From the NCBI RefSeq assembly GCF_039654945.1, contig NW_027361688.1, positions 53,134,001-53,198,000 of the forward strand: a stretch of DNA of 64,000 bases, written 5' to 3'. Position numbers and translations under genes: made by a program. The notes under the pieces were generated by a model that made no database searches, was not told the DNA's origin, and saw only the letters and a list, made by a program, of their open reading frames with translations. This DNA is from Dendrobates tinctorius (taxonomy: Eukaryota). Positions 25,368 to 38,424 of the stretch are shown in pieces. Within the stretch, counting starts at the first letter, position 1; each line of letters opens with the position of its first letter.

Positions 25368-27684
25368 TTCGTATACATTTTTTTATTGAATACATTTTTC
25401 GCAATAACAAAATATAACAACGAAAAAAGAAAAAAACGTTATATTCACTATAAATCTAATGCAGGTTCAGTATTCTGTAAAATGATGACATCACAGATAT
25501 CATTTTCCATTGTTTCCATACAGAAAATTAAAGGATGTCTCAAACACAGAAGCAATAAAGCTAACAAAGCAGTGCATAATTTCCTTTCTCAGAACCGTAT
25601 AAAAACAAAAAAGAAAGATAAGGAGGTGGGGATGGGGGTGTAGGGGAAACTCATCCCACCTGCCTCTAAAGACCAAATCACACACTCAGTATGACTCACC
25701 CCTCTTCAGCCGATATCCAACCCTATTTGGCCGGGGCAGCTTTAGTTCTCTAATCGAATAACTCCCAAATCATTTTTAAGGTTTTCTGTTAAGTACCATC
25801 TCGTTGAGGAGAAAGGTTCAACTATCTTTTGTCTCTCTTCAGCATTACAAAATTTACCAATAAATTGTTTCCATTTTAATAAAAATTTCCCTGCTTTTGT
25901 CTCTTTTCTTCATAAGTGCATCTCATTGCTCTACCACCATAAAGTGATGCAATTGGGCCATCAAGTCAGATAACAAAGTGGTAGAAGGACTAAGCCAGTG
26001 CTTGAGGATCAACTTTCTAGCTAAGATTAGAATGGTATGCAAAAGTTTTGGAGGGCCCCCGTATCCACAACCCCCACCTCCCCAAATCTTCCCAGGAGTG
26101 AGATCGCCAATGTTAACGTCAGCGGTGTTATGTTACTCCACAATTTGCCTAACAAACTTGAAATTGATACCCAGTATGAGGCAATAGATTTACATGACCA
26201 TAATCCATGCATCAGGTCCGATCTAGGAAGCTGACTCCTGGGGCATGCAACAAGATTATCAGAGCTATGATCCAATCTATGAATATTAAAAGCGTATATA
26301 GCTCCATCCATAATTTTGAATTGAGTCTCCCTCCAAGACTCATTAATTATGTGTTTCCGGAAAAGAAACCAACCATTTCCTGATCCTGGAAAGTGCCTCA
26401 ACATTATCCAAATGTAGATTCCAATATTTTTAAAAAGTATCTGGGTAAGGACTCAACAAATCCGGATTCATTATAGAGTTGATTGTGGAGATCGAAGGGT
26501 TCCCCATAGGATGCTGGAGTAACTCATCCAGGACGTTGCGATTCGCTTCACATCTGACATCCTGTAAATTTGTCATGATCGAAAGCCTAATCTGTAGGTA
26601 TTGAAAACAATGTGAGGATTTCAGTGGATGCTTTTCAAGCAATTTAGAGCACGTCAACCATCTAAGTTCTGACAGTGGAGGAGGTGAGAGACATTAGAAA
26701 TATTTTTCTGTCACCAGGTAATGAATAGTTTGTTCTCCATACCTTGAGGGAATTCGGGGTTTGCCCATAGTTTTAGATATTTAGAGATTCTATGAGGGAG
26801 GTTATATTTCTTCCTCACCGCCTTCCATGTTGAAATCGTATCTCTGAATAAAGCTGATTTTTTAAAATAAGGAGGGAGAGAGGAGAGATGAGAGTGAAAA
26901 ATTGCAGCTATATCAAATACCCGCTTGGGAAGGGGATATGATTTCTGGAAGAATCACCGCCAATCTGTCCGCCATTATTTTTGAGATTAGTTTAATATCT
27001 GTGTTGATTAACAAAATAGGTCCATAAGAGGACGGGTGCGTAGGGTCTTTACCAGGCTTCAAGATTAGTTTGAAATTTGCCCTATTGGCTGAGGGGAACA
27101 AGGGATCGCCATTTAGAATTTTATTAGTCAATTGTTCCATGATTGGTATGATCTCCAGGTGGGAAGTTTAAAAAATTCGGCAATATAGCTGTCGGATCTG
27201 GGGGCCTTATAGTTTTTTGATTTATTAATAACAGAGATTATCTCCTCTCTGGAGATTGGTTTATTAAGAAACAATTTTTGCTCCTTTGAGAACAATGGCA
27301 TGGCTACCTTATACAGTAGTGCATGATAGGTCATGTTTGGGGTATTGGGCTCACTGTGAAGTGCTCCATAGTATGATCCAAGGATATTGTTGATCATCAG
27401 GGGGTCAGATTGGATTGTTCCTGAAGGATCTTTTAGCTGGTAAATCTTTTGTTGTGGTCTGATCCCCCTGGTCAGATTAGTCAACACCCTACTGGCTTTG
27501 TTTCCATGTATATAAAAAAAATCTCTCTTTGAGATAAGAACAATTTCTCCCTCGTGTCCCCAAGGTGGTTTAATTCTGCCACCAATGCTCCTTGTTTGTT
27601 GTAGATGGATCCGTAAGAAAGGATGTATAAGCCAATATGAGCTCTGCCTTTAACTCCCTGTATCGTTTCAAAATGCGCCTCCTG
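25368..27684 (-). mobile_element. Duplicate copy of the decayed L1/Tx1 LINE
   Basis: Same ORF2 remnants and TSD (25351-25367, 27685-27700). Confidence 0.85.
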
Positions 27685-28121
27685 TTGCATTGAATGTTTT
27701 CATAAAATTAGTTCACTCCTATGGTATCATCCCCTCTGATGTGTTTCCACATAATCATAGGTAGGGAGGCAATGTTTTCTGCTAGACAGATGTAGAATTA
27801 ATCAATTAGTAAAAAAATGAAGCAGAGTGCGGTAATTTTTCTTCTAGTAGCTAAATAATATAAACTTCAGCAGACAACAATGTAAAACAATCAAAAATAT
27901 CAGACACGATTGGCAAATGTCTAGACTTATCAGCCATCCAAACCCTGGAATTACTCCATCTCTACCTTTGCACCCATTCTAGTTATTATACATTTCACCG
28001 CAGTAATGTACATTTTTGCTGACTTTACCTTACACATTTAGCTTCTTCGAAAGGCGCTGCTCTTAAATTTTAATGAGTATTACATTTACTAGAGGTTATT
28101 GGCCTATTTTGTCCATGTATC

Positions 28122-29114
28122 TGGATCGCCCGCCAGGGCAGTTGGGTACTCGGTACCGGGCCGGTATCTCAGAGGGAAGTGTCATAGTAGCAGTGACCCA
28201 GTCCGTGGCCCTGGGCATCCATGTAAAAGTGGTTGAGCGTGGCTGATTAAAGTTTATAAGTGGATGATACGTGATGCCACCTGTGGTTATCGGCAATGAA
28301 GGGGTTAAGCCGACACTGCAGGCAGCTCCTCTGGGACAGATGGTATAAGGAAGCAAAATGTAATAGCTCCCCACAGGTGGAGCTGTGGTCCCAGGGCAGT
28401 GGTAATAGGTGTTGAGGAAGAGAGTGTAGTGTCTGGCACATAGATGTAGCAGTGCTGGAGGGTTTGCAGGAAGAATGCAATGACACAACAGGGTGCAGTT
28501 TCCGTTACCTTTACTGTGCTTTGTAAGTGCAGTCCAGGGTCCTGATTACAGATGGAACAGAGGCTGGCCACCTTGGAAGCAACTTAGGAATCTCTCTATG
28601 CAGATGGGTTGTGTAATCTCCTTTCTAGCGCTTTCTGGGGTGCTTGTTCTCTTTTAGAACTCCCTCGTATGGCAGACAGCTGTAGCCTCCTTCTTCTGGC
28701 TCACACGTTGCTGTTGTGCCTCTGAGTCTTATGTGGGAACAGAGCATTTACAGCTTCCTATTCCTCCAGTTTCTGCTGCAGGAACATCAGTATCCATACA
28801 ACCTTGGAGACTGGACTCCAGACCATGCGCTACAGCTAGAAGTGAGCCTGAACTCTGCTCAATCCTCCAGCTCGTCTCCTCACGTCCACACACGTTTCCC
28901 TCCTCAGACGAACTAATTTCCCCTTACTGGCCCCCAGAGAGCAGCTCTTCCCCCAGTTTTGGTTCAGAGCTCCCTCTGCTGGCCTGGAGTGGGAACTGTG
29001 CTGTGTGTTGTATTTAACTGATAGAGAGACCCTTCATTGCTTCCAGGCATGACATCACACTCCTTAGGAGGAAGGTAATGCCACTGTGGCGACCATACTC
29101 CTGGGAGCGCCACA
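28122..29114 (-). mobile_element. Duplicate copy of the solo LTR
   Basis: Colinear with 18853-19874. Confidence 0.55.
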
Positions 29115-30340
29115 TAACCTCAGGCACTGACCGAGTTTATCCACTTAAGCATTGCCTACAAGTGTAAGTACTTTAAGACTAAACAATTATAGTTTCTCGT
29201 GAATTATGTTACTAGGCTTTACGCATCAAAATAGTGTAAATGAAAATCCCATATTTTTCCTGATAGCAACCAGTGATTGCCCTGTTTTCATTTTTTTTAT
29301 TACACTTGTGGTAAAATGCAAACTGTTCTGTAATTGGTTTCTATGGGCAACAAAGATTGTTTTTCTTTTACTCAGGTTTGATTAATTTGCCATTGTGCAT
29401 ATAGACAGCAGGACATATTAATTTATTTTTCGCTTTGTAAGATGCACTTTTTTCCAAATTTGGGAGAAAAATGGGGATGCATCTTAGAAAGTGTACATGC
29501 CTTACCGATACCGTAGGTGTAGGCCACAGATTGGGATGAGGAGGTGTCTGGATGTCTCCGTGTGCCCGGCGGTTGCTGGCAGGTGCTGCAGGTGTCTCCG
29601 GTGCCCAGCGGTGCTGCATTATTATCTGGCACTGCCCGGGGCTCTGCCAATATTTTGTGACAGGCCAGAGCCCAGGCACTTCCACGGTTCCAGCTCTGAG
29701 ATCTCATCTCTCGAGAGCTTGGTCCCGAGATCACCATCTGCACATGCACCGCCCAAGGCGGCGGCCATATTCCTGGAGGCCACTGCACATGGAACTGTGG
29801 AAGTGCTCTGGCCTGTCGCAAAATGTCAGCAGAGCCCCGGGCAGCTCCGGACACCCATGCAGCACCGCTGGGCACCGGAGACACCCGCAGCACTTTACAA
29901 ATCTACAGGTTGGGACATAGCTATTCAACCTTGATTGATACCGCTGCAATATATGGGCACTATGCATATATAAACTGTTTTGCTTTTGGTTGATATCTAT
30001 TGGTAGCTTGAGCCATTATCATAATTAACCTCTGCTATGGTGTTTTTACCACTACTGGTTTTGTGTTCTTGCTCACTGTTCCCTTTTTTCTTACCTAGTT
30101 GGGAGACTCCTTTGGAAATTGTATTTTAAACGTTATAAATAAATATTCAAATTTGTTATTTTATGTTTGCCTATGCCGCTTTATCCCCTGTTTCACTGGG
30201 GTTTGTGTATGAATTTATGGTTTTTCCTGGTGTAGACATTTGGCTAGCATGACATCTAGATGGTTATCTTTCTTCACATAAAATCGTGAAGGTTATCTTG
30301 TAAATAATGCTGAGATTTATTATATTCACAATTACAGTAA

Positions 30341-30692
30341 GGCTAAGTGCACACGTTGCAGAAATTTTCTGCTCAAAAACCTGAATCCCTTCCCAGAAAT
30401 CGCACCTATTTTTCCGCTTGCGTTTTTTGCGCAGTTTTGATGCGTTTTTGATGCGGTTTTTTTCTGCAGCGGTTTAAAACCGCATGGAAGAGGCCTAAAA
30501 TGGGGAAAATCCGCAAAATTAATGAGCATGCTGCGTTTTTTACCGCGATGCGGTTTTTTCGCGGTAAAAAACGCATCAATGTGCACAAAAAGTGCAAAAT
30601 GCATAGAAATGACTGTGCAGCTTATTTTTAGCGGTTTTATAGTGAAAACCGAGGTAAAAACCGCTAAAAAAATGCTGTATGTGAACACAGCC
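30341..30692. mobile_element. PIF/Harbinger MITE present only in duplication copy B
   Basis: TAA TSD (30338-30340, 30693-30695); TIR GGCTAAGTGCACAC/GTGAACACAGCC; empty site ACAGTAAATGATTG at ~21113-21126. Confidence 0.88.
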
Positions 30693-31258
30693 TAAATGAT
30701 TGAACACTATCTTATTAGACAGTGATATAGTCATCAATTAAGTTGATTTCTCTGCATTTGCACATTCTAAAATTAATTACGTGATTTTGCTCCAATATAC
30801 TGTAAGCTTGTACAGCTCAACAAAGTTGGGAGAGCCCATATACTTACATCTAAGTCCTATGTGGGAGTTTTGTACTCTCCAGTTGCACACTCCCTATTTC
30901 CAAGGTTGAAAATGAGGAAGACTACATTGAGAAGACAATATATACTGTATCGGAGCCGCTCAATTCCAACTTGTAAACTTTATGTAGACATAAATTGTCA
31001 CACGCTGCCTCATATCTATCTATTCCACAATTAGCATTATATTTACTGGTTTGTACTTGCAGAGATTTATGGTAAAAGTGAGATATAAATGACATAATGA
31101 TAACCAGATCATAAGACTATTGAAGAATCCTGAAAATATTGAGGTATTATGAAGTAAAATACTTAAACATTATATCAAAACTTAATATGTGCCGTCAACT
31201 AAGTGTATGAGATCACAATAAAAACTGTGGAAAAAAGAAAAAAGGCTCAATATCTCAC

Positions 31259-33694
31259 CTGATTAGCTTCATTTAAACCATTTGAGTTGGAGAAAAGATC
31301 TGTATGTTCAACTATATCAGTTGCAATTGGATCATCTAGTGATCGAGTCAAAGTAAAACCTGGAATATCTGCAGGAGGGAAACAAACTGGATAACAAGAC
31401 CCCGGAGCCTCTGGTGGAGCCATCCGCACCTCCATGTACTTCAGGGTCCCATCTGTGTTCAGGTAAAGGGTTGGCTTGTACTGATCCATGTAGGATGTAG
31501 AAAGGGATTTGTCAGTGAAGCAAAATCCACACCCAGAATCATAATTCTTTCTATGGCACCGGACAAGTAATATAGAAAATGTGACCAGAAAAACTGCACT
31601 GATGGCCACAAGGGAGACGATAAGATACAGAGTCAGGTCTGGAGCAGATTTGGCATTTGTAAGAAAATCTTGAGATTTAGGACTTTCCTGAGCAACAGAG
31701 TCTAATATATTCACAATGATGGTGGCTGTAGTGGTCATAGAGGGTTCTCCATGGTCACTGACGGCAATCACAAGTCGCTGTTCCGTGTTATCCATCTCAT
31801 GTAAAACTCGGAGAGTCCTGACCTCTCCTGTGTATTCAGAGATGTGGAATAAAGCAGGACTGGCAGACTGAACAAGACTATAGAGGAGCCAGGCATTGTG
31901 CCCAGAATCCACATCCACGGCAGACACCTTACTGACTAAATACCCAGCAGCTGCAGATCTTGGGATGGTCTCCTGAGCAATGGTCTCCACTGTGATCTCT
32001 GGGTATAAGATAGTGGGAGGGTTGTCATTTGTATCCAGAATAAATATGAAGACGGAAACATTAGAGGATAATTTTGGAGATCCAGAATCTTCCACTCTCG
32101 CTGTGATCTGCAGAACCTGGAATTGTTCATAGTCAAAAGACCTTTGTGCATAAATATTCCCGGTGTCGGAGTTAATGTAGACGAATGAAGAGATGGGAGA
32201 ACCGTGGATGTGGCTCTCAGCGATGGAGTAAATGAGGTTTGCATTAGCTCCCTCATCCGGATCTACAGCAGATACCGTACATAACAGTCTGCCGGCCTCA
32301 TTGTTTTCTGGTGTGAAGGCATTGTACACATTGTGCAGAAATGCTGGAGGATTATCATTAACATCAGAGATATTAAGGCTGATTGTAATCTGGCTGCTGA
32401 GAGATGGAGACCCCAGATCTGATGCCGTCAGTATAATGGTATATTGTGAGAGCTTCTCCCTGTCCAGATGTCCACTAGTGACCAGAGTGTAACGCTGTGA
32501 CATGGGCTGGATTTTAAAAGGTAAATTTGGTGACACATCCAGTCTAATTTCACCATTATTACCAGAATCCTTATCTTTTACTGTGATGAATCCAACCACA
32601 ATTCCTATGGGGGCATTCTCAGGAACCTCATTAGTCTTGGAGGTGAAAATAATTTCAGGGGTGTTATCATTTACATCTTTTACTTCAATCTGGATAACAC
32701 AATACCCCTCTAATCTAGGTGAACCTTTGTCTGTTGCTTTGACATACAATTCATAAAAATATGAATCTTCAAAATCCAATGTATCTGCAGTTATTATTTC
32801 ATTAGTTTTTGAATTTATTTGAAATATTCTTTTTGCAGAATCCAAAGTATGGTGATCAAAGGAATATGAGATGTTGCCATTTGCACCTTCATCTAGGTCT
32901 GTAGCATTTAATTGTATGATAACTGAGTTTAATGGAATATTTTCTAAAACGCTGATCCTATAACTGGGCTGATGAAACACAGGAGCATTGTCATTAATGT
33001 CTATTATGTTTACAGTTATCTGTGTGGACCCTGATTTCGGAGGATCTCCCCCATCTATAGCAGTGAGAATAAGCTTATGTTCAGCCTTTTCCTCCCTATC
33101 AAGGCTCTTTTCTAACACAAGCTCAGTAATGAGGGTCCCATCCATACGATGCTTTGTAAGCAGAGAAAAATAGGGATTGGGGTTTAATTTATATTGATTT
33201 ATACCATTTTTACCCACATCTAAATCTGTTGCTGTTCCTAATTGAAACCTTACTCCAGGAATAGATTCTGTAATATTTATAATTGTATTAATGCTAGAAA
33301 ATGTTGGTGAATTATCATTAATATCCAGAATGTCTATCTCCAGACTGTGCAGCTCCAGAGGATCCTCAGCCACAGCCTCTAAATGCAGCACACAGCTCAG
33401 GCTGGATCCACACAGGCTCTCCCTATCAATCCTCTCATCTACCACCAGAGCTCCATTCTTCTGCTCTATAGAGAATAATCTGCTGTTTCCTTCTGATCCC
33501 AAACTCAGTCTCCTTCTCCTGATATCAGCCAGATTCACCCCCAGATCCTGAGCCACGTTCCCCACCACAGTCCCCGGATGAGACTCCTCAGCCACAGAAT
33601 AACGCAGCTGCCCAGAGACCCAGCCCCAGCTACAAAGGAGAAGGGAGAAAGCTACTTGCCATTTCCAAGCCTTCACAAAGCTCTGATTGTCCAT
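31259..33694 (-). CDS. PCDHGC5-like: Protocadherin gamma C5-like variable exon #4
   Basis: ORF 31247..33694; donor CAG|GTGAGA at 31259/31258. Confidence 0.93.
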
Positions 33695-33968
33695 ATCTTA
33701 AATCCTTCTTCTAAAATGTGTAGAGAATAATCATCATCCCATCAATCCAAGTGTGTGAGCAGCAAAAATATAAATCCTAGGAACGGGAAAATCCTGGTTT
33801 TCCTGCATTGAAATCATCCACAGGGCTCTCATCGGAGCAGCAGCTCTTCTTTGTGTGAGAGACGATGGGAGGGTGAATCACTGAGCCAGGGGGAGGAGAG
33901 CGCAGGGCTGATATGAGCAGATCTCCTAACAATGAATCAGAATGACATGTCTGCCCTCTCCTGGCAAC
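33695..33968 (-). promoter_or_regulatory. Promoter/5'UTR of exon #4; CTCF-like motif 33951-33964
   Basis: Shared block; CCAGGAGAGGGCAG. Confidence 0.7.
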
Positions 33969-34499
33969 CTTTGAAATCTACAGCTATTGTGAGTTAATTT
34001 TCTTTAAAGGACTTTAAATCTTATTGCATAAACATACATAGTCTTAAAAATGGATATCCTTAACAATGTAATTCCATTTTTTTTAGTTATACCAAAATAA
34101 AAATTATTTCATTAAATTTATGATAATGGGATCGTCTGGAATTTAATAGAAGTAGTGACAGAAAAGTAAGTAAGAGACATCTCTCTTTTTAGACTGTCTC
34201 TTCAGGGAGAATACACACCTAGGTTGTGCACCACAATAGATCTTTCTTTGTCAGCTGTAAAAGTCCCTTTTATCAGAAATGATTTACCTCTTTTGAAATC
34301 CAAATTTGGCAAATTTTTCCTTAAAATTTTATTTGCAGATAAATTCACCTTAAATTGAAGGTAGTCCAATTGCCCTGAAAAGATGTGTATAACATTTTGA
34401 GGTCCTCTAGGGTTATATCCAAATAATTCTAAGTTCTTTAAAGAAAGCATAGCATTTGTAATGTCAGAGTGACCTCCACATATACAGTATGTCATTGGT

Positions 34500-34500
<1 letters not shown>

Positions 34501-34587
<87 letters not shown>
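34501..34587. repeat. (CA)n microsatellite, ~43 units
   Basis: Perfect CA run. Confidence 0.97.
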
Positions 34588-34589
<2 letters not shown>

Positions 34590-35149
34590 TCTTTATAATA
34601 TATTTAGATTTGAGAGGCTTTACCCCTATTTCTATTGCTTAACTGTGAGCCTTGACATGCTCAAACTAAGCCGATTCATCCTGAAATGATTGCTGCCCTG
34701 TATTCCTTGCCTTGACTTTCATACCAGCTTTAAGAGGCTATGCAACACATACGTGATAGCTATAGGGCTTTATTAGAAAGAACATCGGGTCCCGTCTGAT
34801 GTCATATGAACCTTCTCTGGGTGACTCATTGTTCTGCATTATGTAAATTACAGGAAGACATTTTTTGTAAGATATGTGAATCAAATCGCATCTTGTTCGA
34901 ATTTGCTGTCTTTAACAAATTTCCTAAATTTCAACACAAATTACTTTCATAACGAATTGATTCGCTTATTTTAAGCCTCTATTTCATTCAAATAGAATGA
35001 GTGAACTGTCAGAAATAGTAAAACAGTTTGATATCCAATGGTAAGCCACTTGGCCAGACCGAGTATTGCAGCACATTGATCCTCTTCAGGATTTTCAAGC
35101 CTGCATAACTACGTAACACTAGAATATACAACAATGACCCATAATAGAA

Positions 35150-36882
35150 TTTTTACAGGATGAAAATGATGAAATGGTATGACAGGATGTTGAGAAGGCC
35201 GAACTTTTAAATTCCTATTTTGCATCTGTTTTCTCTCAGAAAGGAAATGTAACATCAACTGATCTTCACTGTCCTATAAAGGAATAGAAGAATCCAGGAT
35301 ATCTATAAACAGAAAGATAATGAGGAAACACTTAGGTAACCTAAATGAATTCAATTCTCCAGGTCAAGACAAATTATATCCCAGAGTACTGAAGGAGATA
35401 GCAGAATAAATTTTTCTGAACCATTCTCCATAATCTTTGAAAAGTCATATAGAACAGGAGAAGTCCCAGAAGACTGGAGAAGAGCAATTGTTGTTCCTAT
35501 CTTCAAAAAGGGAAAGAAGGTGGACCCAGGTAACTATAGGCCGGTGAGTCTGACTTTTATACCAGGATAGATCTTTGAACAAATTATTAAACAACATGTA
35601 TGTCAGTACCTGTATAAGAATGAAGTGATTAAACAGAGTCAGCATGGGTTTGTAACTAATAAGTCATGTCAGACTAAGTTAATTTCCTTCTATGACAGAA
35701 TCACTGACTGGGTGGATCAGGGAAATGTTGTAGATATAGTATATCTTGACTTCAGCAAAGATTTAGACAAAGTATCCCACACAATCCTTATTAAAAACTT
35801 GGCTAAGTATGGAATGGACAAGGTAACTGTTTGGTGGATTCATAAGTGGCTTAGTGATTGGACCCAAAGAGTGGTTGTAAATAGCTGCACATCCAGTTGG
35901 AAGCATGTCTCAAGTAGGGTACCACAGGGCTCTGTCCTGGGCCCTGTAGTGTTCAACATCTTTATCAATGATTTAGATGAAGGAATTGAGGGTAAACTGA
36001 TTAAATTTGCTGACGACACAAAGCTAGGAGGGATAGCTAATACTAGAGAAGAGAGAGAGGATACAAAAAGATATAAATAATCTGGAGCAGTGGGCAGCAA
36101 CTAACAGAATGGTTTTTAACAGGAAAAATACAAAGTACTACATCTGGGCAATAAAAATGAAAAAAGCATATACAGAATGGGAGGAATAGGGCTAAGCAAC
36201 AGCACATGTGAAAATGACTTGGGTATACTAATAGATCACAGACTGAACATGAGTCAACAGTGTGATGCAGCAGCAAAAAAGGCAAATACAATTCTAGGAT
36301 GTATTAACAGAAGCATACAGTCTAGATCACGTGTGATCATTATTGCCCTCTACTCCTCTTTGGTCAGACCTCATCTGGAATACTGTGTCCAGTTTTGGGC
36401 ACCACATTTTAAAAAAGACATCAACAAACTGGAGAAAGCTCACAGAAGAGCGGCCAGAATGGTGACAGGTCTGCAAACCATGTCCTATGAGGAACGGTTG
36501 CAGGATTTGGGAATGTTTAGCTTGCAAAAGAGAAGCTTTAGAGGAGACTTAATAGCTGTCTACAAATATCTGAAGGGCTGTCACATTGTAGAAGGATCAT
36601 CTTTATTCTCATTTGCACAAGGAAAGACTAGAAGCAATGGGATGAAACTGAATGGGAGGAGACACAGATTAGATATTAGAAAAAAACTTTTTGACAGTTA
36701 GAGTGATGAATAATTGGAACAGGCTGCCACGAGAGGTTGCAAGTTCTCCTTCAATGGAAGTCTTCAAACAGTGGCTAGACAGACATCTGTCTGGGATGAT
36801 TTAGTGAATCCTGCCTTGAGCAGGGGGTTGGACCAGATGGTTCAGGAGGTCCCTTCCAACTCTACCATTCTATGATTCTATG
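35150..36882 (+). mobile_element. 5'-truncated CR1 LINE (RT pseudogene) with ATTCTATG tail
   Basis: [40 protein letters not shown] motifs; 3' end CCCTTCCAACTCTACCATTCTATGATTCTATG. Confidence 0.93.
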
Positions 36883-37657
36883 TCCAACAGTCATGTGCTG
36901 CATAGGGTTAGACCAATTGCTTCCTAATACACAATTTATTTAAGGCAACCAATAAACTTATATTAGAAATGAACTTAGATCAATACAAATCTAAAAAATA
37001 TAAACTAAAAAAAATTACATAATGGTATGCAATGCACACCATGCCAATGTAGACTTATGTGGGAAGTGTATGTAACCCTTGAACTGGTATTCTCAGACAG
37101 AAAGGGCAGCATGAGTGTAGTCTATGTTGGTCGACTCTATGCATATTCTGTATTGTTATGTCTAATAATCTTGGATTAATTTTCAAAGAATTCCTTTTTA
37201 TAGCTCCTCACTACCCCAAGTGATGTTAGTTAACATCTACAAATAATATGACAGAAAAGATTTTATATGACAGCACAGTGTGGCCTGCAGCTATCACGCT
37301 CTGTATACTAAGTTATCGTTACACAGACATAACTTTGATATAGCTCATTATATGAGACATGGTCTAAATGATTTTGCATGCATGCTGTTTATATTTTCTC
37401 CATATGTTTTTTGCGATAAAGAAGATTACATTTCTAATGATCTGTTTCAAACAAGAAGTCGAAAGCATGATTTTAACTTTGCAAAATTTATGGAAAAAAC
37501 ACAGTCAGGAAATATAACTGTTTGAAAAAGATAAACGTGTCTATTTGTGCCAACCCTTAAATTGGCCATTTCTACATACAATGTGTTCCTCTTTCATAGC
37601 ATCAGCAGTTGCATTTGGGACATCAAAATTTTGACAGGTTGATCACTAATAGTTGAT

Positions 37658-38120
37658 GGATCCAGTTGGATGAACACATGGGTGGGCCGTGCTGCCGGAG
37701 TAAATCAATTCTTCAGAAATGATGATGTGGAAAAGGCTTTTTATTCACAATGCATTTCAATGCCATGCCTGTGTTTTTTTCAAGTGAGAAAACCAAATGT
37801 CACCAATGACATTTGTTTTTTTAATTGAAAAAGACGCCGTCAAGGCATTGAAACGCGTTGTGAAAAAAAAAGCTTTTTCCTCATCATCATTTCTGAAGAA
37901 CTGATTTACTCCAGCAGCGCGGCCCACCCATGTGTTCATCCAACTGGATTTAATATCTCCTGGAGGATTTATCTACCAGCTACAGGGCATCAGCAGCTAT
38001 TTTTCCTCATGCCTATATAGGAGTAGTGCCAGTCACAACACCACCAGATGACCATAACCAGCACTCTCCTACTCTCCCTTCATAGAGTATCACCATATTA
38101 TGCGCTTATGTAGATTTACA
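37658..38120 (+). mobile_element. Second Penelope-like relic with inverted segment and degenerate hammerhead-like motif
   Basis: Inverted arms 37660-37764 / 37844-37949; TTGAAAAAG...GAAACGCGTTG; imperfect 14-bp TSD (37644-37657, 38121-38134). Confidence 0.45.
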
Positions 38121-38424
38121 CACCAATAGCTGATTACATCGCAATGTCTTTAAGTACAGTAACTCGGTAAATTTTATCTACTACTTACAGTTTCGGAATC
38201 ATGTATTGCAGTGTTAAAATGAAACTTATCAAAAGTTAAAAAAACACAAGAAAAACTTGAAATGTCACTAGTATTCCAAAGATTTATATATTGGGTTTCT
38301 ATCAGGAGATAAAATAGGCTTTTAAATTGAAAAAACAATGTTCAAGAAAAAGTTTCTACAAAAAAAAGCATAACAGAAAGATAGTAATTTAAAAAAGAAA
38401 AATAGAATTGGAATGTATCCTCAC

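Larger units (their letters stand above)
24340..31258. repeat. Tandem segmental duplication, intergenic copy B
   Basis: Matches 15060-21682 plus one extra MITE at 30341-30692. Confidence 0.92.

Noticed and set aside
34202-34689. ORFs beginning with (CV)n or (HT)n
   Set aside because: Translations of the CA microsatellite.
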